From assembly GCA_963921275.4 (NCBI GenBank), contig OZ001293.3:1792001-1856000 (forward strand): 64,000 nt of DNA. Direction: 5' to 3'. A program made the position numbers and the translations under genes. This stretch comes from an uncultured Hormoscilla sp. (GTDB taxonomy: Bacteria; Cyanobacteriota; Cyanobacteriia; Cyanobacteriales; Desertifilaceae). Below are positions 45,444 to 58,006 of this stretch, in pieces; position 1 is the first letter of the stretch, and each line of letters starts with the position of its first letter. A model generated the notes under the pieces. It saw only the letters and a list, made by a program, of their open reading frames with translations. It did not search any database and was not told where the DNA came from.

Positions 45444-46680
45444 TTAATAGGGTTCGATGCGGGCCACAATACTGTAACTTTTGAGCTGTTGCACGAGTTG
45501 CTCCGCTTTCGACAGATTGATGAAGGCTCCAACTTGCATCACTCGGCGACCTCTGGAAAAACTCCGGAAGGCATCGGGAACGAGATCGCGCACCCGACTC
45601 TGTTCCCAGGGAGTGGCGGCCTCGACTACGACTCGATAGCGCAAACTTTGAGCTTAAGTGACCGGCGGTGGTGGTGCGGGAACTATGGGTGGCGGCAGGA
45701 CTGCTTGCCGATCGGGTCCTGGTAAGGGTGTTGCTGTAGCTTGGGAAGATGCAGGAGTTGGCACGGCGGAAACTAGCTGAGTGATTTCTTGAAAATCGAT
45801 CTTTCCACTGGTACGAGATGCGCTCAATTAATTGCCAAAAGCTGGGATATTATTGCTGGAATTGGCGCTAATGTCAAGTTCGCCATTGTTCTGAAAAATA
45901 TTGCCTCCCGCCTCATTCGCAGTTCCTAAGTTGGGATTGGCTGATCGCTACTAACCCATTATCGGCTATTCCCTACGATGGTATTGTTCCGCAAGACGGA
46001 TAAAGCATGAGCTTGAACGAGAATGCCGTCTTTATTGCCAGTGATGCGGTTGCCAATCAGCACTGGCGCAGCGGACTCAGCAATGTTGATGCCAAACCCG
46101 GTATTTTCAAAGTGGTTATCCCGCACCTCTGGTCCCGAAATGCCGTAGATTGTTATCCCATTGGCTCCATTTTGGACAAAGTAGTTGCCTGCGATCGCGC
46201 CTCCACTGTTGCCAGTCACGGAAATGCCATCATGGGTACTGCCAGTAAATGTATTGTCAGTTACCGTAACTGAGCTTGATTCAATCCACAAACCATATCC
46301 CCGTGGGTGGGGATTGGTGAGGGTCACACCAGCGATCGCGGCTTTGTTGGCTCCCAGAATCGTAATGTTTTGACGGGCAAAGGTGGGACTCAGGTAATAT
46401 CCGCCTCCCCGGATAATGATATCCTTGCCTTTGGTGGGCCGATCGCCCAAAATCGTCACTCCGGGTTTGAGGTGCAGGGGAAAAAATTCACCAGTCTCAG
46501 TGCTATAGATGCCTGAGGCCAATTGGATGACTGTGTCAGGCTGGGCTATTCTTAATGCTTGAGTAATGGTTTTCAATGGAGCAGTTGAGCTGCCATCGCC
46601 AGTGGCATCATTACCAGTAGCCGGATTGACAAATAACTGATTTCTCTCTGATTTGGTCTCAATATATGATTCACGTCGAT
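45444..46680 (-). pseudogene. DUF1565 beta-helix protein with SPOR-like C-terminus, fragmented
   Basis: LFVNPATGNDATGDGSSTAPLKTITQAL, ETGEFFPL, GGGYYLSPTFARQNITI; C-terminal RYRVVV...VMQVGAF. Stop at 45959 and frameshifts. Confidence 0.75.
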
Positions 46681-46846
46681 CCTCCTGACATAGGAGTTGT
46701 TGATTTTTTCATGAGGACTTCCTGGTTTCCTTCTAACCCTTGATTTCGGGCATGCTAAAACCTAAAATCTACTAGCGGTGAGCGGAGCCGAACCGCCATA
46801 AGGAAAAGTTAACTATGATAACGAGCAAATAAGTGAGGATGTTCCG

Positions 46847-47929
46847 ATGGGGGATAGACATGAGGGAAATAGATTCGCCCAGTCGGCTATTTACCGGATT
46901 TTGGATGCTAACTTAGACCGCGCCCGCGAAGGTTTGCGCATTGTAGAAGAATGGTGTCGCTTTGGTCTCAATAGCGAACAGATGACAGAAGAATGTAAGC
47001 AACTGCGGCACTCACTAGCCTTGTGGCATAGTCGGGAAATTCGCTCAGCGCGAGATACTCCCTCTGACCCGGGTACTGATTTGACCCATGCCCAAGAACA
47101 ACGGCGTTCTGATATTGGACAGCTATTGCAGGCAAACTTTTATCGGGTGGAAGAAGCGCTGCGGGTGTTGGAAGAGTATAGCAAGCTGGATAATCCGGAT
47201 ATGGCAGCGGCGTGTAAGCAGATGCGCTATCGAGTCTACAGTCTGGAAAGTAATTTGTTGGCTTATCGGCGTCGTCAGCAGTTGTGGGCATCGCAGCTGT
47301 ATCTGGTGACATCTGCTTCGGAAAAGCTGTTGACTATTGTAGAAGCAGCTCTGCAAGGGGGGTTAACTCTGGTACAGTACCGGGATAAAACAGAGGAAGA
47401 TATGGTCCGGTTCGAGCAAGCGGAAAAACTGCGGGAACTCTGCACTCGCTATGAGGCATTATTCATTATGAATGACCGGGTGGATTTGGCTGTGGCGGTG
47501 GATGCTGATGGTGTTCACTTGGGACAGCAGGATGTTCCTATTGCTTTGGCCCGCAAGTTGCTCGGTCCCCAACGACTGATCGGTCGCTCGACTACTAACC
47601 CAGAGGAAATGGAACGGGCGATCGCTCAAGGGGCTGATTACATTGGGGTAGGACCAGTTTATGAAACTCCTACTAAACCGGATAAACCTGCTGCTGGTCT
47701 CGATTATGTTCGCCATGCGGCCCAACATGCTAAGATTCCCTGGTTCGCGATCGGGGGCATTGATGTGAATAACTGCAATGAGGTGCTGTCTGCTGGCGCC
47801 CAGCGCATAGCTGTTGTCCGAGCGATCGTGCAGGCGGAGGAGCCAACTTTAGCCACTCAGTATTTCCTCTCTCAACTGAGGAGTATTGAAACTCTTAAAT
47901 ATGTCAACAAGACCGTCGTGTCTTCTTAA
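46847..47929 (+). CDS. thiE: Thiamine-phosphate synthase (cyanobacterial, with ThiD2 N-domain)
   Basis: RILDANLDRAREGLR, VQYRDK, MNDRVD, GVHLGQQD, GPVYETPTK, AIGGI. Confidence 0.96.
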   Translation: MGDRHEGNRFAQSAIYRILDANLDRAREGLRIVEEWCRFGLNSEQMTEECKQLRHSLALWHSREIRSARDTPSDPGTDLTHAQEQRRSDIGQLLQANFYRVEEALRVLEEYSKLDNPDMAAACKQMRYRVYSLESNLLAYRRRQQLWASQLYLVTSASEKLLTIVEAALQGGLTLVQYRDKTEEDMVRFEQAEKLRELCTRYEALFIMNDRVDLAVAVDADGVHLGQQDVPIALARKLLGPQRLIGRSTTNPEEMERAIAQGADYIGVGPVYETPTKPDKPAAGLDYVRHAAQHAKIPWFAIGGIDVNNCNEVLSAGAQRIAVVRAIVQAEEPTLATQYFLSQLRSIETLKYVNKTVVSS

Positions 47930-48536
47930 TGAAACAGTTAAGATCCCCCCAAACCCCCCTTAAGAAGGCTTACAGGGGTAGGTTTTTTGCTTAACTGTCA
48001 AATATTTTCAAATATTATGCAAGCACAGCATGATTGTAGTATAATGATGATGTCGGCAGGTCCAAGGCATCTTAGAACTAGTAGTCTGTCAAGATTGAGT
48101 TGACAGATGAAGAACGGTATAGCAGTCTGGAATTAAGTAATCCGGCTCTTCGGTACAAAGCAATGGTATAATGTCTAAAAAAATAAGGTTGTAAGCCTTG
48201 CTGCGCAAGGCGAGGGAGCCCCTTAGCATACATTCAGGAAGGGAAAATGGGTTAATCAATTCGCCCCTCGCCTTACACTGCAAGGCGAGGGGCGGTTTTT
48301 AACTATCAATTTAGCGCTCCCAAGTACCGAAGACCCAGTAATCCTTGTATCCGTTGCAGGGTAAGGGTCAGAATCAATAATGGGGAGAGATTCGAATCGG
48401 ATCTCGAGAAGATAATTATTAAGAATATCGGCTACCAACTTAAGCCGGGACAGTAAGTCTGGGTAAGGGATTCGACGGTTGTCTAAAAGATGACTGTCGT
48501 GGCAGAGGGAGTTCACCCATATGGTCTACCACCCAC

Positions 48537-49585
48537 TCAAATAAGTTGGGAAAAGAGTGTCCAAAGAGTCGGGTTCGCTGCCGTGGAGCCATCCGCTCGC
48601 CTGATGTCAAAATTGTGGATGACGGTGAGCACTGTTAACGTTTGAGCGGAAAAACCGCGCGAAGTATGATGGAGACGAGATAAATAACCATTGCGTCCTT
48701 CCACAGCTTTATAGGTACGTTGATATTTTGTACAGATCCAGTGTGCCCAGGACACCCACAGAAGAGCGAGCTATGGCTGCGCCACGCTGCGCGGTCGGTT
48801 TTTAGTTGTTGGGTAATAGGGTGGCTAATTAAGCGGTCATAGGCTTGCTCCGCAGCCCCCTGATAGGCAACTTTTCCTTCGCAATGTGTAGTTTGGTCTG
48901 CTTGTTGGTGCCAATAGGTCCAAGGTAGCAGGAGTTCGATAACCCACTGTTGTAAGGCCAGATCGTCGGTTTTGACCTTGAGCGCAAGGCTTTCCCTAAC
49001 ACCACCAAGCATGAATGCCTTGAGCAAAAGAGGGGATTTGTTGTTGGAAGCTATCAATGGCACTATTAGCTTTACTGGAGCCGTAGCGCCAAGCCAGGGA
49101 GCGCAACTGTTCGTTCTTGAGAATCAAGACTTAGCTCAAGCTTCTGCCACAATTGCCAGTTCCCGGTGGTGAGGTTGAATGGATGAATCCCTTGGGTTAT
49201 AGCATGGAGAGTCTGGTGATAGGTACTCTGGGCAGATTCATAGTCAAGCCGTTGCCGTGCGGCGCTGTTCGAGTTTTCCTTGAAGTTCGGCTCCAACCGT
49301 ATGGCTTTCAAGAATTCCTCCAGACTCTCGGCCCCTATTCCCTGTTTGATGCCGAAGTAATAGACTATCCCTAAGACCAACAGCTTTAACCAAGCTCCTC
49401 CCACCTGTGTCTCCCACCAAGATGATTCTGGATGCTTCCCTCGACGCGCTATCCCTTGTTGATGACGCTGGACACTGCTTTTGGATAGACCGGTGGCATT
49501 GGCAATCGCTAGTCAAGCTTTGGTCACCCTTTTCCTGGAGACCTTTGGCTACTAATGACCATCGTTCCCGTATAGTGAGACTCAT
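48537..49585 (-). pseudogene. Degraded putative transposase (DUF6399-like)
   Basis: Fragments MSLTIRER, YYFGIKQGIGAESL, YQRTYKAVEGRNGYLS, LTVIHNFDIRRADGSTAA across several frames. Confidence 0.55.
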
Positions 49586-49729
49586 CGTTCCCGATTTGAA
49601 TATTGACAAGGGATACGATACCAATCCCTGTGACCCATAGCAGGGATTTTCCCTCATGTGATTGTTTATACCCATACTGGGATGAATTTCTGTCCCGCTT
49701 TACGCTGATAGCCGTAATGGAGTTCCATT

Positions 49730-50697
49730 AGGAATAATAAATCAGCAGGTGTGGGCACGGGATATTTCTACTATTGACAAAAAGCATTCTCGGCATAAAA
49801 AAGAAACTAAAGATAAAGAAAGCCAGAGATGGTTGGATGTGCTGTTGGCAACTGAAGCGGTGATGCCATCGGATGTAACGATCGTAACAGTAGCTGACTG
49901 TGAGGCAGACATATATGACTTTTTAGCCATGAAGAGGCGAGAAAGGTCCGAGGTTTTAATTCGCGCTTATCAGAACCGTTCAGTTCATACAGTTGACTCT
50001 GATGAAGTCGAGAAATTGTCTTTAGCTATCCGCCAAATTGCTCCAGTCGGAAAACTTTCAATAGAACTATAAAAAACTCCTGAAAGAAAAGCACGGTCAG
50101 CTACCTTAATACTACATCTCTGTAGAGATTCAACCACCTAAAGAACATATTAACTATAAATCATTAAAGCAAATTAAAGTACAAGCAATTCTGGCAGAAG
50201 AAGAACAGCCACCAGCAGGACTCAGTTAGTTGGTTATTATTAACAACGGTTACGATAAGTAGCTTTGATGACGTGGATCAATGCCTACGTTGCTATAGTT
50301 ATCGTTGGTTAATTGAAGGTTACCATTATGTATTAAAAAGTGATTGTGGTTTAGAAAAACTACAACTATAAACAGCCGAAAGGATTGAGAAAGCTTTAGC
50401 AACTTATACAATTGTAGCATGGCGATTATTATGGCTGACTTATGAAGCACGTTATAACCCCACCAGCAGATCCGATCTTAGAAACCCATGAATGGCAAGC
50501 TCTTTACTGCACAATTAATAAAACTTCAACTCCACCATCCGCCAAAAATCAAAACTTGTGTTCATTGGATTGCGCTCATTGGGTGGTTTTTTAGGACGGA
50601 AAAGGGATGGTGAACCAGGAGTGAAAACTATTTGGCAAGGCTTGAGACGGTTACATGATATAGCTAATACTTGGATTCTGGCTTCCTCATCTCAATG
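49730..50697 (+). pseudogene. IS4-family (IS50/Tn5-like) transposase remnant
   Basis: KESQRWL, TVADCEADIY, YRWLIE.YHYVLKS, LGGFLGRKRDGEPGVKTIWQG; many stops. Confidence 0.8.
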
Positions 50698-51008
50698 AAA
50701 GAATTATAGCGGTTTTCACAAGGCGTGAGGCACATCCACGATCCCCCTAAATCCCCCCTTAAGAAGCTATGGCTTACTCACATCTTTCTTAACAATATGA
50801 AATCCTTACACCGTCTTGATTTGAGTACGAGTGCTTTAACAAAGTTAACAATATGCTTTAACAAAGTTAACAATATGCTTCAAAAAAGTTAACATAAAGA
50901 GCGCGACGATACGAAAGGCTTGTAGCGCCGCAGCGTCGGGACGTTCGCCCTTAGCCAAAAAGTAAAATCATGATTAAATTTTACGACTCTTGCTTGGGCG
51001 CGTTGCTA

Positions 51009-51881
51009 GGGCGTGTCATCAATTAAGCCATATTACAGCTGCCGCGAGGTAGATGGCACCCAAGAAATTGCGAGCCGTTTTATCGTAGCGTGTCGCCAGA
51101 GCCCTGTATTGCTTGAGTTTTTGGAATAGATTTTCAATTAGATGCCGCCACTTGTACATTTCTTCATCGTATTCTCTGTGTTCTGTGCGGTTACTTTTTG
51201 GAGGAATGACAGCCATCCAATCCGCCTCTTTCAGGCGCTCGAGCACACGTTGTTCCGCATCATAGGCTTTATCTGCAAGCAGCGCGCCAATCTCACCGAT
51301 TTTATCCAATAGCACGTCAGCGCCTTTCCCGTCGTGGGCTTGACCAGGGGTAAGATGAAATCCTGTGGGATTGCCTTGGGCAATCGCAAGTGGCATGAAT
51401 CTTTGTCGATAGTCCCCCTTTACTACGGCCTATGGCTTGGGTTTCGCACGTATCTGAGGGTGTTTTTTTTTGCACCCGCACGCTCGTTGATGGGCACGCA
51501 GGATGGTGGCATCAATCGCGGCGTATTCGTTATCGGCGTCTGAGGCCAAGACATCGAATACCTGCTTCCAAACTCCCTTTTCAGACCAACGGGTATGGCG
51601 GGTATGAACAACCCGAAAATCCCCAAAACACTCCGGTAAATCCCGCCAGGGAATGCCAGCACGATATCGATATAACACGGCAGAACACGAATAATCTATT
51701 GTTCTTGGCTGTAGCGCCTGGGTCACCCTCTTTACCAGGTAAAAGGTGTTCAATCCGTTCCCACTGGTCGTCTCGCAAGCCATAGCGTCTCATATCATGC
51801 CCTCTTGATTGTTATTGCTGGATAAGGACTCCATACCGTATCCATCTATTTCTGTCAAGCAATTTGATTGATGACACACCC
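51009..51881 (-). mobile_element. IS5-family (IS427-like) element with frameshifted transposase
   Basis: TIRs GGGCGTGTCATCAAT / ATTGATGACACACCC flanked by [52 protein letters not shown]. Confidence 0.88.
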
Positions 51882-52163
51882 TAATATTATATAGAGCAGG
51901 AGCTCTGAACAATTCGATATTGACAGAAAATTATGAAGCCATGGGCATCCGATAGCGCTGCGCTGGGGGCGCAGCCATAGAACTAAAATCTGCTGGGCGA
52001 TCGCCGTCGTAATAAAAGACTGGTGAAGCTCGGATCAGATGAACGCAGAACAACCCTTTTGAATGGCTGCGCCACGCTGCGCGAACGGATGGCGGCAATG
52101 TGTGTGTCTATGGCTGCGCCACGCTGCGCGATTGGCTACCACCGGTAGTTACCTTGTCTTAGA

Positions 52164-52519
52164 AGATATCTCTGCTCCTTGCTCTTGTCCCCGGGGCCGG
52201 GGACATGGACGGCACACAGGAGACATCTGGAGATATCTCTGCTCCTTGCTCTTGTCCCCGGGGCCGGGGACATGGACGGCACACAGGAGACATAGATGCT
52301 TACTTTGCCCCTGGGAGCTTGTAGCTTTTGTTCGGTGAAAACCAGTTACACCTATCGTGTAGCGTGGCGCAGCCATATCAGTCGCGTGAGGAGCGCTTGC
52401 CGTTGGGAAACACCCCTTACCACCTCCACCACTCAAGCTCCTTCGATATCTCTGCTCCTTGCTCTTGTCCCAGGGGACATGGCTGCGCTCCCGCAAGGGA
52501 TACGGCACACAGGAGACAT
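52164..52519. repeat. Three copies of a ~62-bp unit GATATCTCTGCTCCTTGCTCTTGTCCC...GGGACATGGACGGCACACAGGAGACAT
   Basis: Copies at 52164-52226, 52231-52293 and 52446-52519 (the third with an internal insertion). Confidence 0.8.
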
Positions 52520-52954
52520 CGACGTGGGAAACCACCCATATGAGGAAAGAGGATACAGTTAAGAAATCTCGAAGATGATACCTCTACCTTTATCAGTTCT
52601 ACAGTCAAACTATATGGAAAGCTAGTAACAGTAAGCTACCGCAAAGCGTGACTTACATTATCGAAGTCCCAAGCCGTCATAAATCAGGTTTGTATTAACT
52701 GTACCTACCTTGTAGTAAGCAACTGATTCTTCGATGTGCTCGAAGAGCGTGCGACTATCGCGTAGCAATATGGAGCGTTTTGTTATAAAAAACGCATTGG
52801 GCTATGGCAGCGCTATCGGCGGCCACGACGGGGTGCAAAGCCTTTGACAGAGAGGATTATCTGTTGATTTGAGCCAGCAGAATCTCAGCTATAACTTTTC
52901 ACTGTCCAGATGTCGAGAACCACATAATTTAATCAGCTATTCAACGAGATAATA

Positions 52955-55051
52955 TAGCGTTTCTCATAGTCATGAGGTACAGTAACAGCAGTGAGCAAAC
53001 CAATTGTGAATGTCTTGCTGACTTACCTGTAGAATAGCATCTGCAATTGCCTCGATTAAATCTTTATAGGTTCTTGCTTTAACTTTCCTTAAAAAAGCGG
53101 TTCTTCTCAATCTAGTATGCTAAAATAGGTCTTGAATAGGCGTTGATGCGCCCGCTCAACGGGAGATCCTGAAAGCCGGAAAACCTTTTATACCTTGACA
53201 TTCAGCTTATAGTTGTGGTATAATACGCTCTCTAGAAAAAACAGGGAGAATTTATAAGATGCCACGCTCGAAAAAATACTAACAACATTGTTAAACATTC
53301 CAGAGGTGAAAGTTGTCGGGTATACCGAGACTCATTTAACAGAAGTGATGATGACAATTGAGGGCAAGGTAATTATTTAGCTGTTTTAGCCGTGTCTCCT
53401 GGGAGCGCTATTCGCACTACCCAGGAGACACGGCGTGGACATTGAGAATAGCAAACTTCTGGAAATAGTTAAGTCTTGGCGACGATCTGCGTCTTGCTAT
53501 CATGGGATGTTGAATGCTATTGAAGAAGTGAGTATAGATATGTGGAAACCGTATCAAAGTTTAGTGGAAGAATTGATGCCTAATGCTGAAGTTATAGCTG
53601 ACCGTGTGACTAAGCAAGTAAATGAGGAATTAGATAATTGTCGAAAACAAATATGAAGCCCAAAAAATTAAGAAAAAGTCAGAAAAAGAAGAACTATTAT
53701 CTGGATTAAATAAAACTAAAAAATGAAGAAAAATTTAAAGAAGAACAAGAAATTAAGCTGAAAGAAATCCAAGAAAAAATTCCAAAATTGGGAAAAATGC
53801 ACCGTCTAAAGGAGCAGCTACGCATGATATATGAGAGATCCGGGAAAATCCCACCTTACAAATGATCGATTGGCTTCTAGATGCAAAAGAATATTTCCAC
53901 GTGTGAGGACAATTATTAGATGGTTCGGAGAAATTGTCGGTTATTTTGAATCGGGGACAATTCAAGAAACTGTGTCAGGAATAAATAACCGTCTCAAGTT
54001 AATTAAGCGTAGGGGATATGGGTTCAGAAATATGGAAAATTTTCGCTTGCGTAGTCTACTTTCCTGGTGCTTTTAGCATCAATCTAGCATACTAGATTGA
54101 GAAGAGCCAAAAAAGCTTTAACTTTAGACCAAAAGTTTTCAATTGGAGAAAAGGAGAATAAGGAGATAAATAAATTAATTTGGCGCCTACTTTTTCAATA
54201 GCTTCTCAAAGCATTTTACCTTGATGAATTTTAGCATTATCCATGACTACACAAGCATTTTCCCTGCGGTACTAAATCTATTACTATAAAAGCTTCAAAA
54301 GTTATCGCCGTAAAATTCTCTTATAGCTACTACTTTTTCTAATGACAAAGCACCAATTAATGAAACATTTTTTCCTCTTTTTTGAGGTTTACTCTCTCTG
54401 ACCCTTTTCCCTTTTAAACTTCTACCATACATCCAGTGCTAAATTTACATTCATCTACAAATAATAAGTCTTTAGGGTTAATGTCTGCTTTCCCAATATT
54501 TTACTCTTTTTTCAAATACATCGTTCTTTTTATGTGCAAAGGTTTTTTTTGTAGTTTAATTTTTGAGTAATTCTTCTCATTGTCTCCCACGTTTTTTCAT
54601 AAAGCAATTCACATAACTCTTCAAGCGTTGCATCATTATTAGTCTCCATAATTTCTACTAAACTAACTAATTGCTCACTATTCAACTTAGTCGGTGGACT
54701 ACAGACGTTTGGGTCTAATATCGCCTGTTTCTTTATATTGCTTAATCAAGTTTTGAATAAAACTCTTGGCCGAAAACCTTGAGCTAATTTACGAAGAGAT
54801 GTCTTTTCCTGTTCGTAAACTTCTATTAGTTTTTGTCTAAAGTCTATTGAATATGGTTTCATCGCTTTCCTAACACTCCTTTTTGAACTTACTTTTATTA
54901 TAGCGAGCCGGGCATCATTTGTGCAAATATCGCTCTCCCGAGCACCTGCGGCTCAAACCATTACCCTTGCAGGGTAATGGTTTGAGCAAAAATCGCTGCC
55001 CGACTCTTGCAAGGCTTACTATATTGTACCTCATAACTCTGAGAAATGCTA
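52955..55051 (-). mobile_element. IS630-family remnant interrupted by an ISL3 remnant
   Basis: TIRs TAGCGTTTCTCA..GT.ATGAGGTACA / TGTACCTCATAACTCTGAGAAATGCTA with TA flanks; MKPYSIDFRQKLIEVYEQ start at 54861; FSPIENFWSKVK. Confidence 0.82.
53099..54108 (+). mobile_element. ISL3-family remnant (internally deleted)
   Basis: 24-bp TIR GGTTCTTCTCAATCTAGTATGCTA / TAGCATACTAGATTGAGAAGAGCC; 8-bp TSD AAAAAAGC; VSIDMWKPY, GINNRLKLIKRRGYGFRN. Confidence 0.88.
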
Positions 55052-55375
55052 TATATTAAGACTGGCTACCATTGAGCAATATCAAACAACTTGTCAACGC
55101 GCGATTTCGAGAGCGTACTGCGATCGCCCTCCAGATGAAATTTTTTTCAGTGGAATTGAACCAATGCCCTCACATCCGGTATGGCGGAAGACGTTGGAGC
55201 TGATTCTTCACCATCTGGACAATACGACTACTGGCTCCGAAGCCAAAATATCAATTTGATTGACAAAGCGACTCATATTTGCCAATCATGACTGCTGTTA
55301 TAATTGTAAAGAAATATGTGAGTAAGGTATAGTTGGCAAGGGGGGGTTTGGGGGGGATCGGCAGCACAGAGGTGA

Positions 55376-55591
55376 ATGATGTCTAGTCAAATTACGCTGA
55401 CTGTAAATGGTGAATCTTGTACTTGCCCACCCCACACCCCCTTGCCTACTTTGTTAGAGCAACTGGGGTTAAATCCTCCCTTGGTGGCTGTTGAGTATAA
55501 TGGAGAAATTCTGCATCGGCAATTCTGGTCCCAGACCCAAGTCCAAGAGGGCGATCGTCTGGAAATTGTCACTATTGTCGGCGGGGGATGA
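55376..55591 (+). CDS. thiS: Sulfur carrier protein ThiS
   Basis: LTVNGE...VAVEYNGEILHR...GDRLEIVTIVGGG. Confidence 0.95.
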   Translation: MMSSQITLTVNGESCTCPPHTPLPTLLEQLGLNPPLVAVEYNGEILHRQFWSQTQVQEGDRLEIVTIVGGG

Positions 55592-55829
55592 GGTCGCGTC
55601 TGTGAGGGCATCGGCCCTGTTATTCCCATCCTCATCTAACATGGTCGATCGCGCTCTGTCCAGGTAGGCGATAATCGACGATCGGGAAAAACTCCTATAG
55701 TTTACCCAAGCCAAGGCCTTAGCGTAGCAGCGTTTCGCGTAGCGGCGCGTCAGCGCTAGCGTGCTTTAGCGCTAGCATTCGGGTAGCTAATCAAAAGAAA
55801 AAATCGATAAGTTATCTGCCCGAATGCTT

Positions 55830-56534
55830 CGCCCCTACAACCTGATTTTCTTCATTTTCATCCCATCTGAGGGGATTCTCTATGATATATCACCTGATGT
55901 AGTGATCTGCTCTCTCGTCGCTGTATTTCGTCATGGTAACCGCGCTGCCATAAGGTGCCCGAATTGTGAATTAGGCGATTTACCGGCGCGTTGCTATTAA
56001 TTTGAAGTTTTGAACTATTGCCCCCAATGAAGCTGATTTTGTGCCGCGAGAGAGTTTATGGCCATAAGATTCTCGATCAATAACAGAGGTGCTTTGCTTC
56101 CTTACAGATTCCCTAATCACAATAATTACATGTACATGATTGGGCATGACTACAAAAGCATCCAATTCTACAAAGGTAAAATGACGCGGCAATTTAAACC
56201 AAGCTGCCTCAACCGTTGATCCGATGAGATTCGGTTGCATGACTCCATTGATAATTTCACATAACAAACATTGCCTTTTGTGACAGCAGATAGTGAGGGA
56301 GCATCTCACTTTTGTATTTGTATTCGCGAATGGTACGGAGCTAATTGCGAATTGTGAATGTAACTGTTTTATATTTTTGTTTACTATTTTTGATTTCCCG
56401 TTTCAAATTTTAAATTGCTAAATTTGCAAAACTGAGATGCACCCGATAGTGACATAATATGCACCAGCATTTCGATAATCATATCCTTGTAGGCGAATTG
56501 AGCGACGATGGTGTTTTTCGGGATTATACTTCAT
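55830..56534 (-). pseudogene. REP-associated tyrosine transposase (RAYT, Y1 HUH) pseudogene
   Basis: MKYNPEKHHRRSIRLQGYDY..AGAYYVTIC, FVVMPNHVH, SLGAIVQNFK, LWQRGYH; interrupted by a MITE and stops. Confidence 0.82.
56297..56444. mobile_element. MITE with 8-bp target duplication
   Basis: TIRs GGGAGCATCTCACTTTTG / CAAAACTGAGATGCACCC; TSD GATAGTGA (56289-56296, 56445-56452). Confidence 0.85.
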
Positions 56535-56892
56535 ATCTGGACAGTGCGAAGTTCTTTGGGGAACTGCTCAAGCATGGAAGCGGGTTTGGGCCCGAGAGAC
56601 CTATATGCAACAATTCGCGGGCTCCTAAAGGCTGTAAGCCTTTCGTCCCAAGATGTTCAGCTTTTAGGATCGCTCCTATTTTCAGAGAACTTCCCACTCT
56701 TCAGAACGAGCGCAATCTTAAGGCTTATCGGAAACACTTCATACAACGGTTAGGGTTGTGGTTTTCGTTTGAGCGCTCTTCGTCGTTATGTTTAGCTTGG
56801 TGACGGGAGCTGCGATGAAAGTATTGATGGCACCATTCTACACTTGTGAACTAGCTCCTGCACGACAGACAAAAGTATACAACCAGGAGTAA

Positions 56893-57721
56893 GGTAGTGA
56901 TAAATATGTAGTGATAGAACATTCCATCCCTCTATTAATCCTTACTTTTCTTAGGAATGATATAACAGCTCTTTATCTTAGCCAAATTGATAGCAATGAT
57001 AAAATATTCTCATGTATAGCTCATCAGAAAAATGCTCTTATGTTATTAGTCAAAAGCGAGTATAGACTTATGAACACATCATCATCGTCGCGACCCAATT
57101 GCCCTTATTGTAATTGTGAGCGAACAGTAAAAAATGGTAGTACTCATAATAAAAAGCAAAAATATCTCAAAAATCTGCAATAAATTGAAAACCAGACAGC
57201 AGGTATCGTCCGAAAAGAAAAAGAATATAGATGAGCTATTACTTGAAAGAATAGCGTCGAGTAAAGGTTTCACAAACGTTAATAAAAAATCTGCCGTGAT
57301 ATAAAGGTTTCAGACAAGCCCAAAGGAAAATTGACATGTGATGAAATGTGGTCTTGGGAATAAAGAAAACAAACATTGGCACTTGATACAAAAACAAGAG
57401 AAATTGTAGGAGTTTGGCGATCGCAGTCTCAGCAAAAAAATTGTGGAAATTGTAAATATTTACTTCCTGTTTATCGAGGCAGTTTTTTACTTTTTTGGAA
57501 GCATATAACAATACGGAAAAAGCGTTACTATTACGGTAGGTAAAGAAACTGGAAAAACTAATCATATTGAAAGTTTAAACAACGAGGCAAAGAATTAGTC
57601 GCTTGGTTCGGAAAACATTATCATTCTCTAAGAAGAAAATCACGCGATTTGGTATTTTGTGCATGATTACAACAAATGCTTGTCGGGTTAGTTGTGCCAT
57701 CACTACATGTTTATCACTACC
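56893..57721 (+). mobile_element. IS1-family remnant
   Basis: TIRs GGTAGTGATAAATATGTAGTGAT / ATCACTACATGTTTATCACTACC; 9-bp TSD CAGGAG(T/C)AA; CPYCNCERTVKNGSTHNKKQKY, CDEMW, TGKTNHIE. Confidence 0.85.
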
Positions 57722-58006
57722 CAGGAGCAAAAGTGACTGCTCTCAAGGGTAAGAGGTTAGGTATTGGCGACCAGATTATTAGCCTCTACAAACCCAAAAA
57801 ACGTCCCAATCACATAAGTGCTCAAGATTCGATGATATCGAAATGAGGCAACGGCGTCAAGAGTTGAAAGCACAGTTACTCAAATGATGCAGGCTTAAGT
57901 CAGTGCCATTCAACCATAGTGCGGCAGTCGGTAACCATTGTTTAGTGAGATAACCCAACCGGAGGTACTTTGAAGACTCTAGCCCGCGCAGATCCTATGA
58001 AGAATG

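Noticed and set aside
50833..50895. Triple 22-bp repeat GCTT(T/C)AA(C/A)AAAGTTAACA as an operator or iteron array
   Set aside because: Lies among IS debris with no adjacent regulated gene or rep gene; likely slippage.
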